A DNA stretch of 64,000 nt from a virus (Duplodnaviria > Heunggongvirae > Uroviricota > Caudoviricetes). The DNA lies in the IMG/VR virus record IMGVR_UViG_3300012943_000030, positions 43,698 to 107,697 of that record; one strand, written 5' to 3'. The translations under genes and the position numbers were made by a program. The notes beneath the pieces were generated by a model, which saw only the letters and a list, made by a program, of their open reading frames with translations, was not told where the DNA came from and did not search any database. Below, piece after piece: positions 1 to 6,668 of this stretch. How positions within the stretch are numbered: the stretch's first letter is position 1; the number at the start of each line of letters is the position of its first letter.

Positions 1-678
1 GGCTTCAAGAAGTCCAAGAAGGAAATGTACGCCTTCGGCAAGACGCGCCCAATCACGCTCCTCACCAAGAACGACACGCTAGGCGGCCTTGAGGTCACCT
101 ACCAGTACGTCATCAACCCAAGGACCGGCGCCTGGCTTCTCAACGCCTGCTTGAAGGGGCAGTCACAAGACGACATGGTGCAGTTCACCCAGGGCGATGA
201 TCCTACGTCGCTTGCCAAGAACTTGAAGAAGAAGAACCGCATCACCGCCCACCAGGCAGTCGAGTTCCTCAAGCCGCCAGCAGACAAGGTAACTGAGGGT
301 GCTAAGTCAATTCGTGAGGCAACCGCAGGCCGTCGCCCAACCCCAATTTCTGGTGATTTTGCAGAGTGGAAGGCAGAGATGGTGAAGCGTGGTGCCACAA
401 AGTTCGGTGGGCCACACGGCCCACATGATTTCACCACAACTGCATACAACAAAAATGGTGCTACGCTTGGCTTCTTCAACGCTGATGCCGGTATCGGGTA
501 TGAGGCGATTAAGGAAGAGGAGAACGCAGAAGATCTTCGAGCTCGCCTAAAAGATCTTGACCATGATATCGCCGCCGCCCAGCTAGAAAAGAACCAGGTC
601 AGTGAACTTCGTGGTGAACGCTATCGACTTCGTGAAAAGCTCAAGAAGATTGAGAACATCACCGAGGCCAAGGCCTAA
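1..678 (+). CDS. hypothetical protein (5' end probably outside window); C-terminal coiled coil
   Basis: Frame 1 is open from position 1, upstream of the first ATG at 25. The ORF ends at 678. C-terminal heptad/charged repeats. Confidence 0.45.
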   Translation, partial: GFKKSKKEMYAFGKTRPITLLTKNDTLGGLEVTYQYVINPRTGAWLLNACLKGQSQDDMVQFTQGDDPTSLAKNLKKKNRITAHQAVEFLKPPADKVTEGAKSIREATAGRRPTPISGDFAEWKAEMVKRGATKFGGPHGPHDFTTTAYNKNGATLGFFNADAGIGYEAIKEEENAEDLRARLKDLDHDIAAAQLEKNQVSELRGERYRLREKLKKIENITEAKA

Positions 679-718
679 CCTAGTTTACAACCTGCTCGTG
701 TCATGATATGATCCTGGC

Positions 719-1024
719 ATGAGCACAGTCAATGCTGACAACATAGAGCGACGCGGTACTACCCGCCACCGCGCCAGAACCAAGGTGCATATCAAGAGCA
801 CCCACGGCAAGAAGCGGCTGTGTCAAGCAGTCAACCTCTCTGCTGGCGGTGTTGCCATCGAGACGAAGGACCTCGGCCTCACAAAGAACGAGATCGTTGA
901 GCTTACCTTCGTCATCAATCTCGGTGCAATCGCGAAGATGCATCACCGCAAGGCCAGGGTAGTTCATGTCAAGAACGGCATCACTGGCTTCGCCATGGCC
1001 AGCTACGAAGCTCCGAAGAGATAG
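719..1024 (+). CDS. PilZ-domain protein (putative c-di-GMP binding)
   Basis: N-terminal RRGTTRHRAR (RxxxR) and downstream NLSAGGVAIE (D/NxSxGG) fit the PilZ signature. 101 aa. Confidence 0.5.
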   Translation: MSTVNADNIERRGTTRHRARTKVHIKSTHGKKRLCQAVNLSAGGVAIETKDLGLTKNEIVELTFVINLGAIAKMHHRKARVVHVKNGITGFAMASYEAPKR

Positions 1025-1054
1025 ACAGGTCATCGCAAGGATAGCGTCCCCCGT

Positions 1055-1062
1055 ATAAATAG
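1055..1062 (+). promoter_or_regulatory. T4-like late promoter core TATAAATA
   Basis: Exact TATAAATA about 25 nt upstream of a small ORF. The G/CG-TAAATA motif recurs before many genes. Confidence 0.4.
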
Positions 1063-1083
1063 AGACAGATTGTACAAGCAGAT

Positions 1084-1266
1084 TTGGATGTGATACTATC
1101 CTCTTCTGTTCAAGTAATTCAACACACTGAGACTTCAATGCGTACCACGTTCAGAAACATCACGATGAAAACCTGGCAAGAATGCCAGCGTACCGTCGTG
1201 CGCTTCGAACGAAAGCATGATAATACGCAACTCACCCTCAGTGCAATGGAGAAGACCGGCTTCTAA
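1084..1266 (+). CDS. small hypothetical protein (start uncertain)
   Basis: ORF lies between the late-promoter motif at 1055 and the terminator hairpin at 1293-1328. Confidence 0.2.
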   Translation: MDVILSSSVQVIQHTETSMRTTFRNITMKTWQECQRTVVRFERKHDNTQLTLSAMEKTGF

Positions 1267-1292
1267 AGCCTAAGCTCCAAAAAGGTTTAAGC

Positions 1293-1328
1293 ACTGAGGG
1301 TTCCGAGAGGAACCCTCAGTTCGTTTCC
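1293..1328 (+). terminator. rho-independent terminator
   Basis: Hairpin CTGAGGGTTCC-GAGA-GGAACCCTCAG followed by TTCGTTTCC. Confidence 0.55.
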
Positions 1329-1565
1329 GCAGATGAAAATCTGCCACCCAGTTTCAGAGGTTCTGGGAGAACAAAAAGCTGGACCGCGATGACATCACCG
1401 AGTAGTCTTCAGGTGATCGAGTGCGATAAAGGCAAGATTTTGGTAAAAAGTCCTGCACCTCCGGGTGCAGGCAACCTAATTCAATGTGGCGCTATCATAA
1501 AAGTAATGTCTCGGACTGTGATCCCGACTAAGAGAGGGCAGTACTCTCGCGTCACCCCAATCAAT

Positions 1566-1642
1566 GGCGTGTGTAGCTCAGTTGGTAGAGCCCTGGATTG
1601 TGATTCCAGCCGTCGTGGGTTCGAACCCCATCACTCGCCCCA
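1566..1642 (+). tRNA. tRNA-His(GTG)
   Basis: G-1 plus GCGTGTG acceptor, TAGCTCAGTTGGTAGAGC D-arm, anticodon loop TTGTGAT, GGGTTCGAACCCC T-arm, discriminator C, encoded CCA. Confidence 0.7.
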
Positions 1643-1751
1643 AATATCGATGATGAGCTCATTCAACCGCACCCTAAGCAAGGTGTAGGGAGTTCAAAGT
1701 CCACTGACCGCAATGTCAGTCGCATGGCAGGAACGCGAAAGACTGCCCTTC

Positions 1752-1825
1752 GCTCGCTTAGTACAGTGGTAGTATGCAGCCCTCGTAACGCTGAGACGTC
1801 AGTCCGATTCTGACAGTGAGCACCA
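1752..1825 (+). tRNA. tRNA-Thr(CGT) (atypical TCCGATT T-loop)
   Basis: Acceptor GCTCGCT/AGTGAGC, anticodon loop CTCGTAA, T-arm GTCAG-TCCGATT-CTGAC, CCA encoded. Confidence 0.45.
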
Positions 1826-1833
1826 ATTTCAAT

Positions 1834-1909
1834 GGACCGTTCGACTTCTGGTGAGGTCAACAGGCTTTCACCCTGTTCAGGCGGGTTCGATTCTCCGTAC
1901 GGTCTACCA
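1834..1909 (+). tRNA. tRNA-Glu(TTC)
   Basis: Glu-type 3-bp D-stem (TCGACTTCTGGTGAGGTC), anticodon stem ACAGG/CCTGT with loop CTTTCAC, GGGTTCGATTCTCCG T-arm, CCA. Confidence 0.65.
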
Positions 1910-1917
1910 ATTTCAAT

Positions 1918-1994
1918 GCGCGTGTCGTATAGTGGCTTATTATACCTGGCTCTTACCCAGGCTGACGTGGGTTCGAATCCCACTGCGCGCACCA
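1918..1994 (+). tRNA. tRNA-Lys(CTT) (identity tentative)
   Basis: Acceptor GCGCGTG/TGCGCGC, anticodon stem CCTGG/CCAGG with loop CTCTTAC, T-arm GTGGG-TTCGAAT-CCCAC, CCA. Confidence 0.5.
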
Positions 1995-2002
1995 ATTTCT
2001 GT

Positions 2003-2093
2003 TCCAGTGCCGGACCAATGGTGGTGCCCGCGTCGCTGTTAACGACGAGACAACGAAAGTTGTCGGGAGGTTCGATCCCTCTCACTGGAGCCA
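2003..2093 (+). tRNA. type II (long variable arm) tRNA, apparent anticodon GTT on a Tyr-like scaffold
   Basis: 91 nt. Acceptor TCCAGTG/CACTGGA, anticodon stem CGTCG/CGACG with loop CTGTTAA, extra arm GACAAC-GAAA-GTTGTC, T-arm GGAGG-TTCGATC-CCTCT, CCA. Confidence 0.45.
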
Positions 2094-2100
2094 AATTCAC

Positions 2101-2175
2101 GGGTCACTAGCTCAGCGGTAGAGCACTCGCCTCTTAAGCGATCGGTCCAGGGTTCGATCCCCTGGTGGCCCACCA
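2101..2175 (+). tRNA. tRNA-Lys(CTT)
   Basis: GGGTCACTAGCTCAGCGGTAGAGC closely resembles the E. coli tRNA-Lys scaffold. Anticodon loop CTCTTAA, T-arm CAGGG-TTCGATC-CCCTG, CCA. Confidence 0.6.
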
Positions 2176-2183
2176 ATTTCTGT

Positions 2184-2313
2184 TGCGATGTAGCTCAGTG
2201 GTTAGAGCGCTAAACATCGACTACTACTTTTCGTTGACGTAAGTCAACCGGCTTGTGGTTGGTTATCTCTACGAAAGAAGAGGACCCTGGTTCAACTCCA
2301 GGCATCGCAGCCA
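2184..2313 (+). tRNA. tRNA-like gene (Arg ACG-like anticodon arm) with about 53-nt insertion between D-arm and anticodon stem
   Basis: Acceptor TGCGATG/CATCGCA pairs across 130 nt. Canonical D-arm TAGCTCAGTGGTTAGAGC at the 5' end. 3' part has anticodon arm TATCT-CTACGAA-AGAAG, T-arm CCTGG-TTCAACT-CCAGG and CCA. The inserted segment contains hairpin GTTGAC-GTAA-GTCAAC. Confidence 0.4.
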
Positions 2314-2322
2314 AATTTCAAC

Positions 2323-2397
2323 GGGTTTGTAGCTCAGAGGCAGAGCAGCGGGCTTTTAACCCGACGGTCGAGATTTCAAAATTCTCCAGACCCACCA
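2323..2397 (+). tRNA. tRNA-Lys(TTT)
   Basis: Acceptor GGGTTTG/CAGACCC, TAGCTCAGAGGCAGAGC D-arm, anticodon loop CTTTTAA, T-loop TTCAAAA, CCA. Confidence 0.5.
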
Positions 2398-2402
2398 ATT
2401 TC

Positions 2403-2478
2403 GGATCCTTAACTCAGATGGCTAGAGACCCGCCTTTTAAGCGACGTGACGTCGGTTCGATGCCGACAGGATCCACCA
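2403..2478 (+). tRNA. tRNA (anticodon uncertain, loop CTTTTAA/TTTTAAG; weak anticodon stem)
   Basis: Acceptor GGATCCT/AGGATCC perfect, T-arm GTCGG-TTCGATG-CCGAC, CCA. Anticodon stem pairs poorly. Confidence 0.4.
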
Positions 2479-2486
2479 ATTTCAAT

Positions 2487-2561
2487 GCTCGTATCGTCTA
2501 GTGGTTCGGACGCTACCCTCTCAAGGTGGAGACCGGGGTTCGATTCCCCGTACGAGTACCA
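2487..2561 (+). tRNA. tRNA-Glu(CTC)
   Basis: Acceptor GCTCGTA/TACGAGT, Glu-type D-arm TCGTCTAGTGGTTCGGAC, anticodon stem CTACC/GGTGG with loop CTCTCAA, T-arm CGGGG-TTCGATT-CCCCG, CCA. Confidence 0.65.
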
Positions 2562-2566
2562 ATTTC

Positions 2567-2641
2567 GCACTTGTAGCTCAGTGAAAGAGTACCACCTTAA
2601 CGTGGTGGGGGTCGGTGGTTAAAGTCCATCCGAGTGCACCA
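2567..2641 (+). tRNA. atypical tRNA, apparent anticodon AAC (Val?)
   Basis: Acceptor GCACTTG/CGAGTGC, anticodon stem CCACC/GGTGG with loop TTAACGT, unusual T-loop TTAAAGT, CCA. Confidence 0.35.
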
Positions 2642-2735
2642 AGTTTTGACAACCGGATCGCAATCGAGGGTTATCCTTTCACGATGTCCCCCTCAACCGC
2701 ACTGGACGCAAGTCCCTTTGTTGTCAATTGATTTT

Positions 2736-2810
2736 CCCTGTGTAGTTCAGTGGTAGAACGCCTGGCCGATTACCGGGATGTTGTGGGTTCGATTCCTACC
2801 ACAGGGACCA
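2736..2810 (+). tRNA. tRNA, apparent anticodon GAT (Ile?), loop CCGATTA
   Basis: Perfect acceptor CCCTGTG/CACAGGG, D-arm TAGTTCAGTGGTAGAAC, T-arm GTGGG-TTCGATT-CCTAC, CCA. Confidence 0.45.
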
Positions 2811-2815
2811 ATTTC

Positions 2816-2889
2816 GCTTCTCTAGTTCAATGGTAGAACACCGCTTTCACACGGCGAAGACAATGGTCCGATTCCATTGAGAAGCACCA
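2816..2889 (+). tRNA. tRNA-Val(CAC) (TCCGATT T-loop)
   Basis: Perfect acceptor GCTTCTC/GAGAAGC, anticodon loop TTCACAC, T-arm AATGG-TCCGATT-CCATT, CCA. Confidence 0.5.
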
Positions 2890-2979
2890 AGATCAATTCA
2901 GGGCGATCGCACCGATGCGCGAATCGGTGAGGGTTGGTGGTAATGTAATCCCTGAAGGACAGAACCACCGCAAATTCAT

Positions 2980-3057
2980 GGCTACGTGGCAGAGAGGCCC
3001 ATTGCGACACTCTCATAAGGTGTAAAGTCGTCGGTTCGATTCCGACCGTAGCCACCA
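2980..3057 (+). tRNA. tRNA-Met/Ile2(CAT)
   Basis: Acceptor GGCTACG/CGTAGCC, anticodon stem ACACT/GGTGT with loop CTCATAA, T-arm GTCGG-TTCGATT-CCGAC, CCA. Confidence 0.6.
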
Positions 3058-3148
3058 ACTTCCGTAAATACGCAAGACCACATCCGATCGATGTTTAAGC
3101 TGAGCGCATCAGATACTCCACCACGTGGCTTTTCACAGGAGTAGCGCC

Positions 3149-3361
3149 ATGACGAAGGGAAATTTGAGGGTCGCAATCGACTCTGGACTTGCAATTGCAA
3201 TCGTATCTCTAGCTTTCTGGGTTGGTGTTCAATCTGAAAAGATCAACACTTTGGAAGTTGCTGTAACTAACAGAGGTCGCGTACAAATCAGTATTGAGGC
3301 TGATCACCGCTTGACAAAGTTGGAAGAGCAAATGAAAAACGCGCAGGAAAAGCTTAAGTAA
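3149..3361 (+). CDS. small membrane protein (one TM helix plus coiled coil) inside the tRNA array
   Basis: RBS AGGAG 7 nt before ATG 3149. Hydrophobic segment IAIVSLAFWVGV. Preceded by GTAAATA at 3064. Confidence 0.4.
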   Translation: MTKGNLRVAIDSGLAIAIVSLAFWVGVQSEKINTLEVAVTNRGRVQISIEADHRLTKLEEQMKNAQEKLK

Positions 3362-3369
3362 ACCAATAT

Positions 3370-3443
3370 TGAGGAATCGTCTAGCGGCAGGACGGCGGCC
3401 TTTGACCCCGCGAACCTTGGTTCGAATCCAAGTTCCTCATCCA
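3370..3443 (+). tRNA. tRNA-Gln(TTG)
   Basis: Acceptor TGAGGAA/TTCCTCA, Gln/Glu-type 3-bp D-stem (TCGTCTAGCGGCAGGAC), anticodon loop CTTTGAC, T-arm CTTGG-TTCGAAT-CCAAG, CCA. Confidence 0.6.
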
Positions 3444-3478
3444 AACTTAGCGCGCATGTTAGAAGACGTGCGCCATAT

Positions 3479-3552
3479 TCACGGTTCGTCTAATGGCAGG
3501 ACACTACGCTCTGAACGTAGCAACGAAGGTTCGACCCCTTCACTGTGATCCA
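3479..3552 (+). tRNA. tRNA-Gln(CTG)
   Basis: Acceptor TCACGGT/ACTGTGA, TCGTCTAATGGCAGGAC D-arm, anticodon stem CTACG/CGTAG with loop CTCTGAA, T-arm GAAGG-TTCGACC-CCTTC, CCA. Confidence 0.55.
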
Positions 3553-3558
3553 AATTCT

Positions 3559-3632
3559 TGGGGGATCGTCTAGCGGTAGGACTACAGGCTCTGACCCTGT
3601 CGACATTGGTTCGAATCCAGTTCCCCCAGCCA
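3559..3632 (+). tRNA. tRNA-Gln(CTG) (second copy by eye)
   Basis: Perfect acceptor TGGGGGA/TCCCCCA, TCGTCTAGCGGTAGGAC D-arm, anticodon stem ACAGG/CCTGT with loop CTCTGAC, T-arm ATTGG-TTCGAAT-CCAGT, CCA. Confidence 0.55.
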
Positions 3633-3639
3633 ATTCAAT

Positions 3640-3714
3640 GCCGGTGTGGTGTAGTGGTCTGCACGCGACCCTGTCACGGTTGTAGTAGGGGTTCGATCCC
3701 CCTCATCGGCGCCA
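3640..3714 (+). tRNA. tRNA-Asp(GTC)
   Basis: Acceptor GCCGGTG/CATCGGC, anticodon stem CGACC/GGTTG with loop CTGTCAC (as in E. coli tRNA-Asp), T-arm AGGGG-TTCGATC-CCCCT, CCA. Confidence 0.6.
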
Positions 3715-3720
3715 AATCTT

Positions 3721-3799
3721 GGAGTGTTAGCATAGTCCGGCTTAATGCGCTACCCTGTCACGGTAGAGACCACGGGTTCAAATCCCGTACACTCCGCCA
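3721..3799 (+). tRNA. tRNA-Asp(GTC) (second copy by eye)
   Basis: Perfect acceptor GGAGTGT/ACACTCC, anticodon stem CTACC/GGTAG with loop CTGTCAC, T-arm ACGGG-TTCAAAT-CCCGT, CCA. Confidence 0.55.
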
Positions 3800-3807
3800 A
3801 TTTCAAT

Positions 3808-3885
3808 GCCTCTGTAGTTCAGCCCGGATAGAACGTCTCGCTACGAACGAGAAGGTCGTGGGTTCAAATCCTGCCAGGGGTGCCA
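3808..3885 (+). tRNA. tRNA-Arg(ACG)
   Basis: Acceptor GCCTCTG/CAGGGGT (with GU pairs), TAGTTCAGCCCGGATAGAAC D-arm, anticodon stem TCTCG/CGAGA with loop CTACGAA, T-loop TTCAAAT, CCA. Confidence 0.6.
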
Positions 3886-3901
3886 ATTTCTAAATACCTG
3901 C

Positions 3902-4276
3902 ATGAAGATACAGGAACTCTTTGAGGGCTATGATCCAACAAAAGGTAGGGTACTAGCTAGTGCCACTGACAAGGACGGCTATCGCATAGAGATCCACAGT
4001 CACGTCGAGGAGCCACTGCCTGACCACTTTAAGGGATACAACGAGCTTGGCTACGCGGTAGATCGCTTCGGCACGAAGTACATCTTCGCTCCTGATGGTC
4101 GCTGGGTTCAAGGTGGTTACTGGATGAACTGGCCAGAACCAGAGTGGAAGATTGGGGTTGGAACTTGGCTGAAGACGCCGCTCAGGAAGCGCGCCCAGCT
4201 CGAGGCCGACTGGCAAACACACGCATATGATCCTTTGAAGGTACAGTTCAAGAAGCGCATAAGGGAAAGAAAATGA
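3902..4276 (+). CDS. hypothetical protein
   Basis: 124-aa ORF directly after the tRNA cluster. Trp-rich. Confidence 0.45.
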   Translation: MKIQELFEGYDPTKGRVLASATDKDGYRIEIHSHVEEPLPDHFKGYNELGYAVDRFGTKYIFAPDGRWVQGGYWMNWPEPEWKIGVGTWLKTPLRKRAQLEADWQTHAYDPLKVQFKKRIRERK

Positions 4277-4479
4277 AGGTCAATGATCTTTTCGTTAGAG
4301 GGTCTTCATACCTTTCAGGCGTTGTAAAGGGCAAGCCGCTCAAGGTACGCAACATGTACAGCGCCGCAGATACAGCAGCAGTTGTCAAGGATGGCGCAAA
4401 AGTTTCGACGCAGACGATCACTCTCCGCAATGCAGTTACTGGAAGCATTGTTGGTATGAGATCAGTCGCGCAAAAGTAA
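4273..4479 (+). CDS. hypothetical protein
   Basis: 68-aa ORF overlapping the upstream gene at ATGA. Confidence 0.4.
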   Translation: MKVNDLFVRGSSYLSGVVKGKPLKVRNMYSAADTAAVVKDGAKVSTQTITLRNAVTGSIVGMRSVAQK

Positions 4480-4482
4480 TTT

Positions 4483-4556
4483 GTCTCGTTGGTCTAATGG
4501 TATGACGGTGAGCTGCAACCTCACAGGCGCTGGTCCGATTCCGGCACGAGACTCCA
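4483..4556 (+). tRNA. tRNA-Cys(GCA)
   Basis: Perfect acceptor GTCTCGT/ACGAGAC, anticodon stem GTGAG/CTCAC with loop CTGCAAC, T-arm GCTGG-TCCGATT-CCGGC, CCA. Confidence 0.65.
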
Positions 4557-4564
4557 ATTTCTGT

Positions 4565-4640
4565 TCTCGGGTAGCTCAGCTGGTAGAGCGACACGCTGTT
4601 AACGTGTTGGTCGGGGGTTCGAGTCCCTCCCTGGGAGCCA
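4565..4640 (+). tRNA. tRNA-Asn(GTT)
   Basis: TAGCTCAGCTGGTAGAGC D-arm, anticodon stem ACACG/CGTGT with loop CTGTTAA, T-loop TTCGAGT and discriminator G as in E. coli tRNA-Asn, CCA. Confidence 0.7.
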
Positions 4641-4646
4641 ATTTCT

Positions 4647-4720
4647 AGAGGATTGGTGTAGTGGTAGCGCTGCGGTCTCCAAAACCGCCGGCTGGGGTTC
4701 GATTCCCTAATCCTCTGCCA
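4647..4720 (+). tRNA. tRNA-Trp(CCA)
   Basis: Perfect acceptor AGAGGAT/ATCCTCT, anticodon stem GCGGT/ACCGC with loop CTCCAAA, T-arm TGGGG-TTCGATT-CCCTA, discriminator G, CCA. Confidence 0.7.
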
Positions 4721-4741
4721 AATGAACGATTGATGAGCACG

Positions 4742-4748
4742 GTAAATA
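4742..4748 (+). promoter_or_regulatory. late-promoter-like GGTAAATA
   Basis: CGGTAAATACTCC upstream of the CDS at 4811. Same motif at 6645-6657 (rc), 30884 and 34559. Confidence 0.35.
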
Positions 4749-4810
4749 CTCCTGTCCATCCCGCTCAGCTTATGCTGTGATGAGGATGCTAATCCACATA
4801 GGAGATTATC

Positions 4811-5044
4811 ATGACCTTCAACAATCAGTCCAGCAATGCGTTCGTCGACATTTCGTCCGAACAGTTTCGCACGTACCGCTTTCCAAGTGGCGACGAAGTA
4901 ACAATCGAAAGCCCAACCCACCTCAGTGTCTCAACGAGCGGTCACCGCCTCTTTGATGCAAGCGGTGTATCGCACTACGTGCCGAAAGGTTGGATCCACC
5001 TCAAGTGGAAAGCGAAGGACGGGTCGCCGCACTTCGTCAAGTAA
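4811..5044 (+). CDS. hypothetical protein
   Basis: RBS AGGAG at 4800. 77 aa. Confidence 0.4.
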   Translation: MTFNNQSSNAFVDISSEQFRTYRFPSGDEVTIESPTHLSVSTSGHRLFDASGVSHYVPKGWIHLKWKAKDGSPHFVK

Positions 5045-5050
5045 AGAATT

Positions 5051-5126
5051 CTCTCTGTAGTGAAACTGGATATCATACGGGTGTACGAAGCCTGGGTTGT
5101 GGGTTCGAGTCCCACTGGAGAGGCCA
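5051..5126 (+). tRNA. tRNA-like, apparent anticodon ACG (loop GTACGAA), atypical D-arm
   Basis: Acceptor CTCTCTG/TGGAGAG, T-arm GTGGG-TTCGAGT-CCCAC, CCA. Confidence 0.4.
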
Positions 5127-5233
5127 AGATTGATTTCCAAGGTAAAACATCCCTCACCGGCCATAATGACCTTGGATTGATCCGCGATGCTGTGGTGCTC
5201 CTTCGCGTTATAAAAATCCACCACGCCAAATTC

Positions 5234-5308
5234 TGCCGCTGTAGCTGAGATGGATTAGCGTGACCCTGAAAAGGTCGAGAGGTCGGATCGATACCGACCG
5301 GCGGCACC
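5234..5308 (+). tRNA. tRNA-Phe(GAA) (T-loop ATCGATA atypical)
   Basis: Acceptor GCCGCTG/CGGCGGC, anticodon stem TGACC/GGTCG with loop CTGAAAA, T-arm GTCGG-ATCGATA-CCGAC, discriminator A, CCA. Confidence 0.55.
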
Positions 5309-5450
5309 ACTTTTGACAACCGTTGTGGATTGATTATCTTCGCCAAAACTGAAGGGCCAAGCATCTGGTTATGCGCCGAACTACCGCGAGGTACTAGGAG
5401 ATGGGTTCGAGTCCCGGTCTAAACGTCGATCTGCGCTTTTCGTTGTCGAT

Positions 5451-5690
5451 TTATTCTGTAAGCCAATTCATGAGCGCGAAGACCTTTCGCACGATGCTCA
5501 CGACGGTGAACAAGCACATCATCGGCATGATGCACACCCAGAAAAATGAGCTGATGGTCGGCGGCATCTCAAAGCCCTTCTTCTCAAGCCATTCCTCGAT
5601 CTTGCCTGCGTTCTTCATGGCCCGCACAAACGCGAACATGACGACGCCGAACGCGAACAGACCACACAACGTTGAGATGAGAAATTCCAT
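5451..5690 (-). CDS. small hydrophobic membrane protein
   Basis: 79 aa with 2-3 predicted TM segments. Late-promoter-like GTAAATA lies immediately upstream on the - strand (plus coordinates 5691-5710). Confidence 0.4.
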   Translation of the reverse strand: MEFLISTLCGLFAFGVVMFAFVRAMKNAGKIEEWLEKKGFEMPPTISSFFWVCIMPMMCLFTVVSIVRKVFALMNWLTE

Positions 5691-5701
5691 CTCATATTTA
5701 C

Positions 5702-5777
5702 GCCCTCGTAGCTCAGTGGATAGAGCAGCAAGTTCCTACCTTGCAGGTCGGAGGTTCAAATCCTCTTGAGGGCGCCA
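5702..5777 (+). tRNA. tRNA-Arg(CCT)
   Basis: Acceptor GCCCTCG/TGAGGGC, TAGCTCAGTGGATAGAGC D-arm, anticodon stem GCAAG/CTTGC with loop TTCCTAC, T-arm GGAGG-TTCAAAT-CCTCT, CCA. Confidence 0.6.
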
Positions 5778-5785
5778 AACACAAT

Positions 5786-5861
5786 GCCTCCGTAGCTCAG
5801 TGGACAGAGCGGCAAGCTTCTACCTTGCGGGTCGCGGGTTCAAATCCTGCCGGGGGCTCCA
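5786..5861 (+). tRNA. tRNA-Arg(TCT)
   Basis: Acceptor GCCTCCG/CGGGGGC, anticodon stem GCAAG/CTTGC with loop CTTCTAC, T-arm GCGGG-TTCAAAT-CCTGC, CCA. Confidence 0.6.
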
Positions 5862-5863
5862 AT

Positions 5864-6643
5864 TCAGAGCTTAGGTGCAACGGCTTTCCAGTACTCGCTG
5901 CACATGCTGGTGTGAGAACCTACGCCAGGGTGGATACCATCTCGCGCATGAGGTCGTCTGAAATTTTCTACTGGATATCGAACGAAGTTGTTTCCAGTTG
6001 AGCGTATGAGCTCACTCGCCTGTGGCTCCCAAGCCGCATGATAGGCGTCGCACTCCCAGTGCATGTACAGCGCCTCCATAATGTTGAGGCTTCTCACGCA
6101 CTGATGCTGCGCGAAGTGCGCATCGGTAAACAGCTTGTCTACATCAGCGCAGCTGCTGTTCGGCGTCCACAGCTGACCATTCGCTTTTCCGAAGCAGTAG
6201 TCTCTGCGGTGCATTGATGGAAACAGTGAGAACACCAGCACGGGCTTCACCTTTACGTTCTTGGCGAACCACATTGATGTTGCGGCCATGGTGTCAAATC
6301 CACCACCGCCGAAGGCGATGTTCCAATATGGTATCTTTTTGCCGGTTGCGGCTCGAAGCTTTTCGACCAGCTGGTAGGACCACGTGCTCGTCACTGGAAC
6401 TCCAATCCCTTCTGTTACGCTGCAGCCATTGAATAGAACTGGCAGCTCGCTCTCCTCGCTGAACTCATCGCATCTAAAACCGGCCGAGTTGAAGCTGTAG
6501 CTGAAGTCCTCAGGGCTGAACTGATTTGTCCAGCGAGGGTGCTGCTTTTTGTAGTTGGCTGCCGTGTCAGTTCCACACCACTGGCGAGTTTCACCACGCC
6601 GTGAGTTGATGCAGCCGAGATAATGATCAATGATGGTATCCAT
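5864..6643 (-). CDS. SGNH/GDSL-like hydrolase-family protein (paralogue of 54613..55428)
   Basis: Shares DFxYSFNxxGFRCxEF, GCSxTEGxGxP, IPYWNxAxxGG..DTMA and ARDGxHxG (DxxH) blocks with the ORF at 54613. Late-promoter-like GGTAAATACTCC directly upstream on the - strand. Confidence 0.5.
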   Translation of the reverse strand: MDTIIDHYLGCINSRRGETRQWCGTDTAANYKKQHPRWTNQFSPEDFSYSFNSAGFRCDEFSEESELPVLFNGCSVTEGIGVPVTSTWSYQLVEKLRAATGKKIPYWNIAFGGGGFDTMAATSMWFAKNVKVKPVLVFSLFPSMHRRDYCFGKANGQLWTPNSSCADVDKLFTDAHFAQHQCVRSLNIMEALYMHWECDAYHAAWEPQASELIRSTGNNFVRYPVENFRRPHARDGIHPGVGSHTSMCSEYWKAVAPKL

Positions 6644-6668
6644 GGAGTATTTACCGTGGGGTGCCTAT

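Noticed and set aside
1389-1688. 99-aa + strand ORF
   Set aside because: Its 3' half is the tRNA-His gene. No RBS. Likely non-coding leader of the tRNA array.
4436-5364. - strand ORFs 4436..4921, 4931..5224 and 4975..5364
   Set aside because: They overlap the Cys, Asn, Trp and Arg tRNA genes and a + strand ORF, with no supporting signals.
5375-5425. GGGTTCGAGTCCC T-loop-like segment
   Set aside because: No complementary 5' acceptor or anticodon arm could be found. Probably a tRNA fragment or pseudogene.
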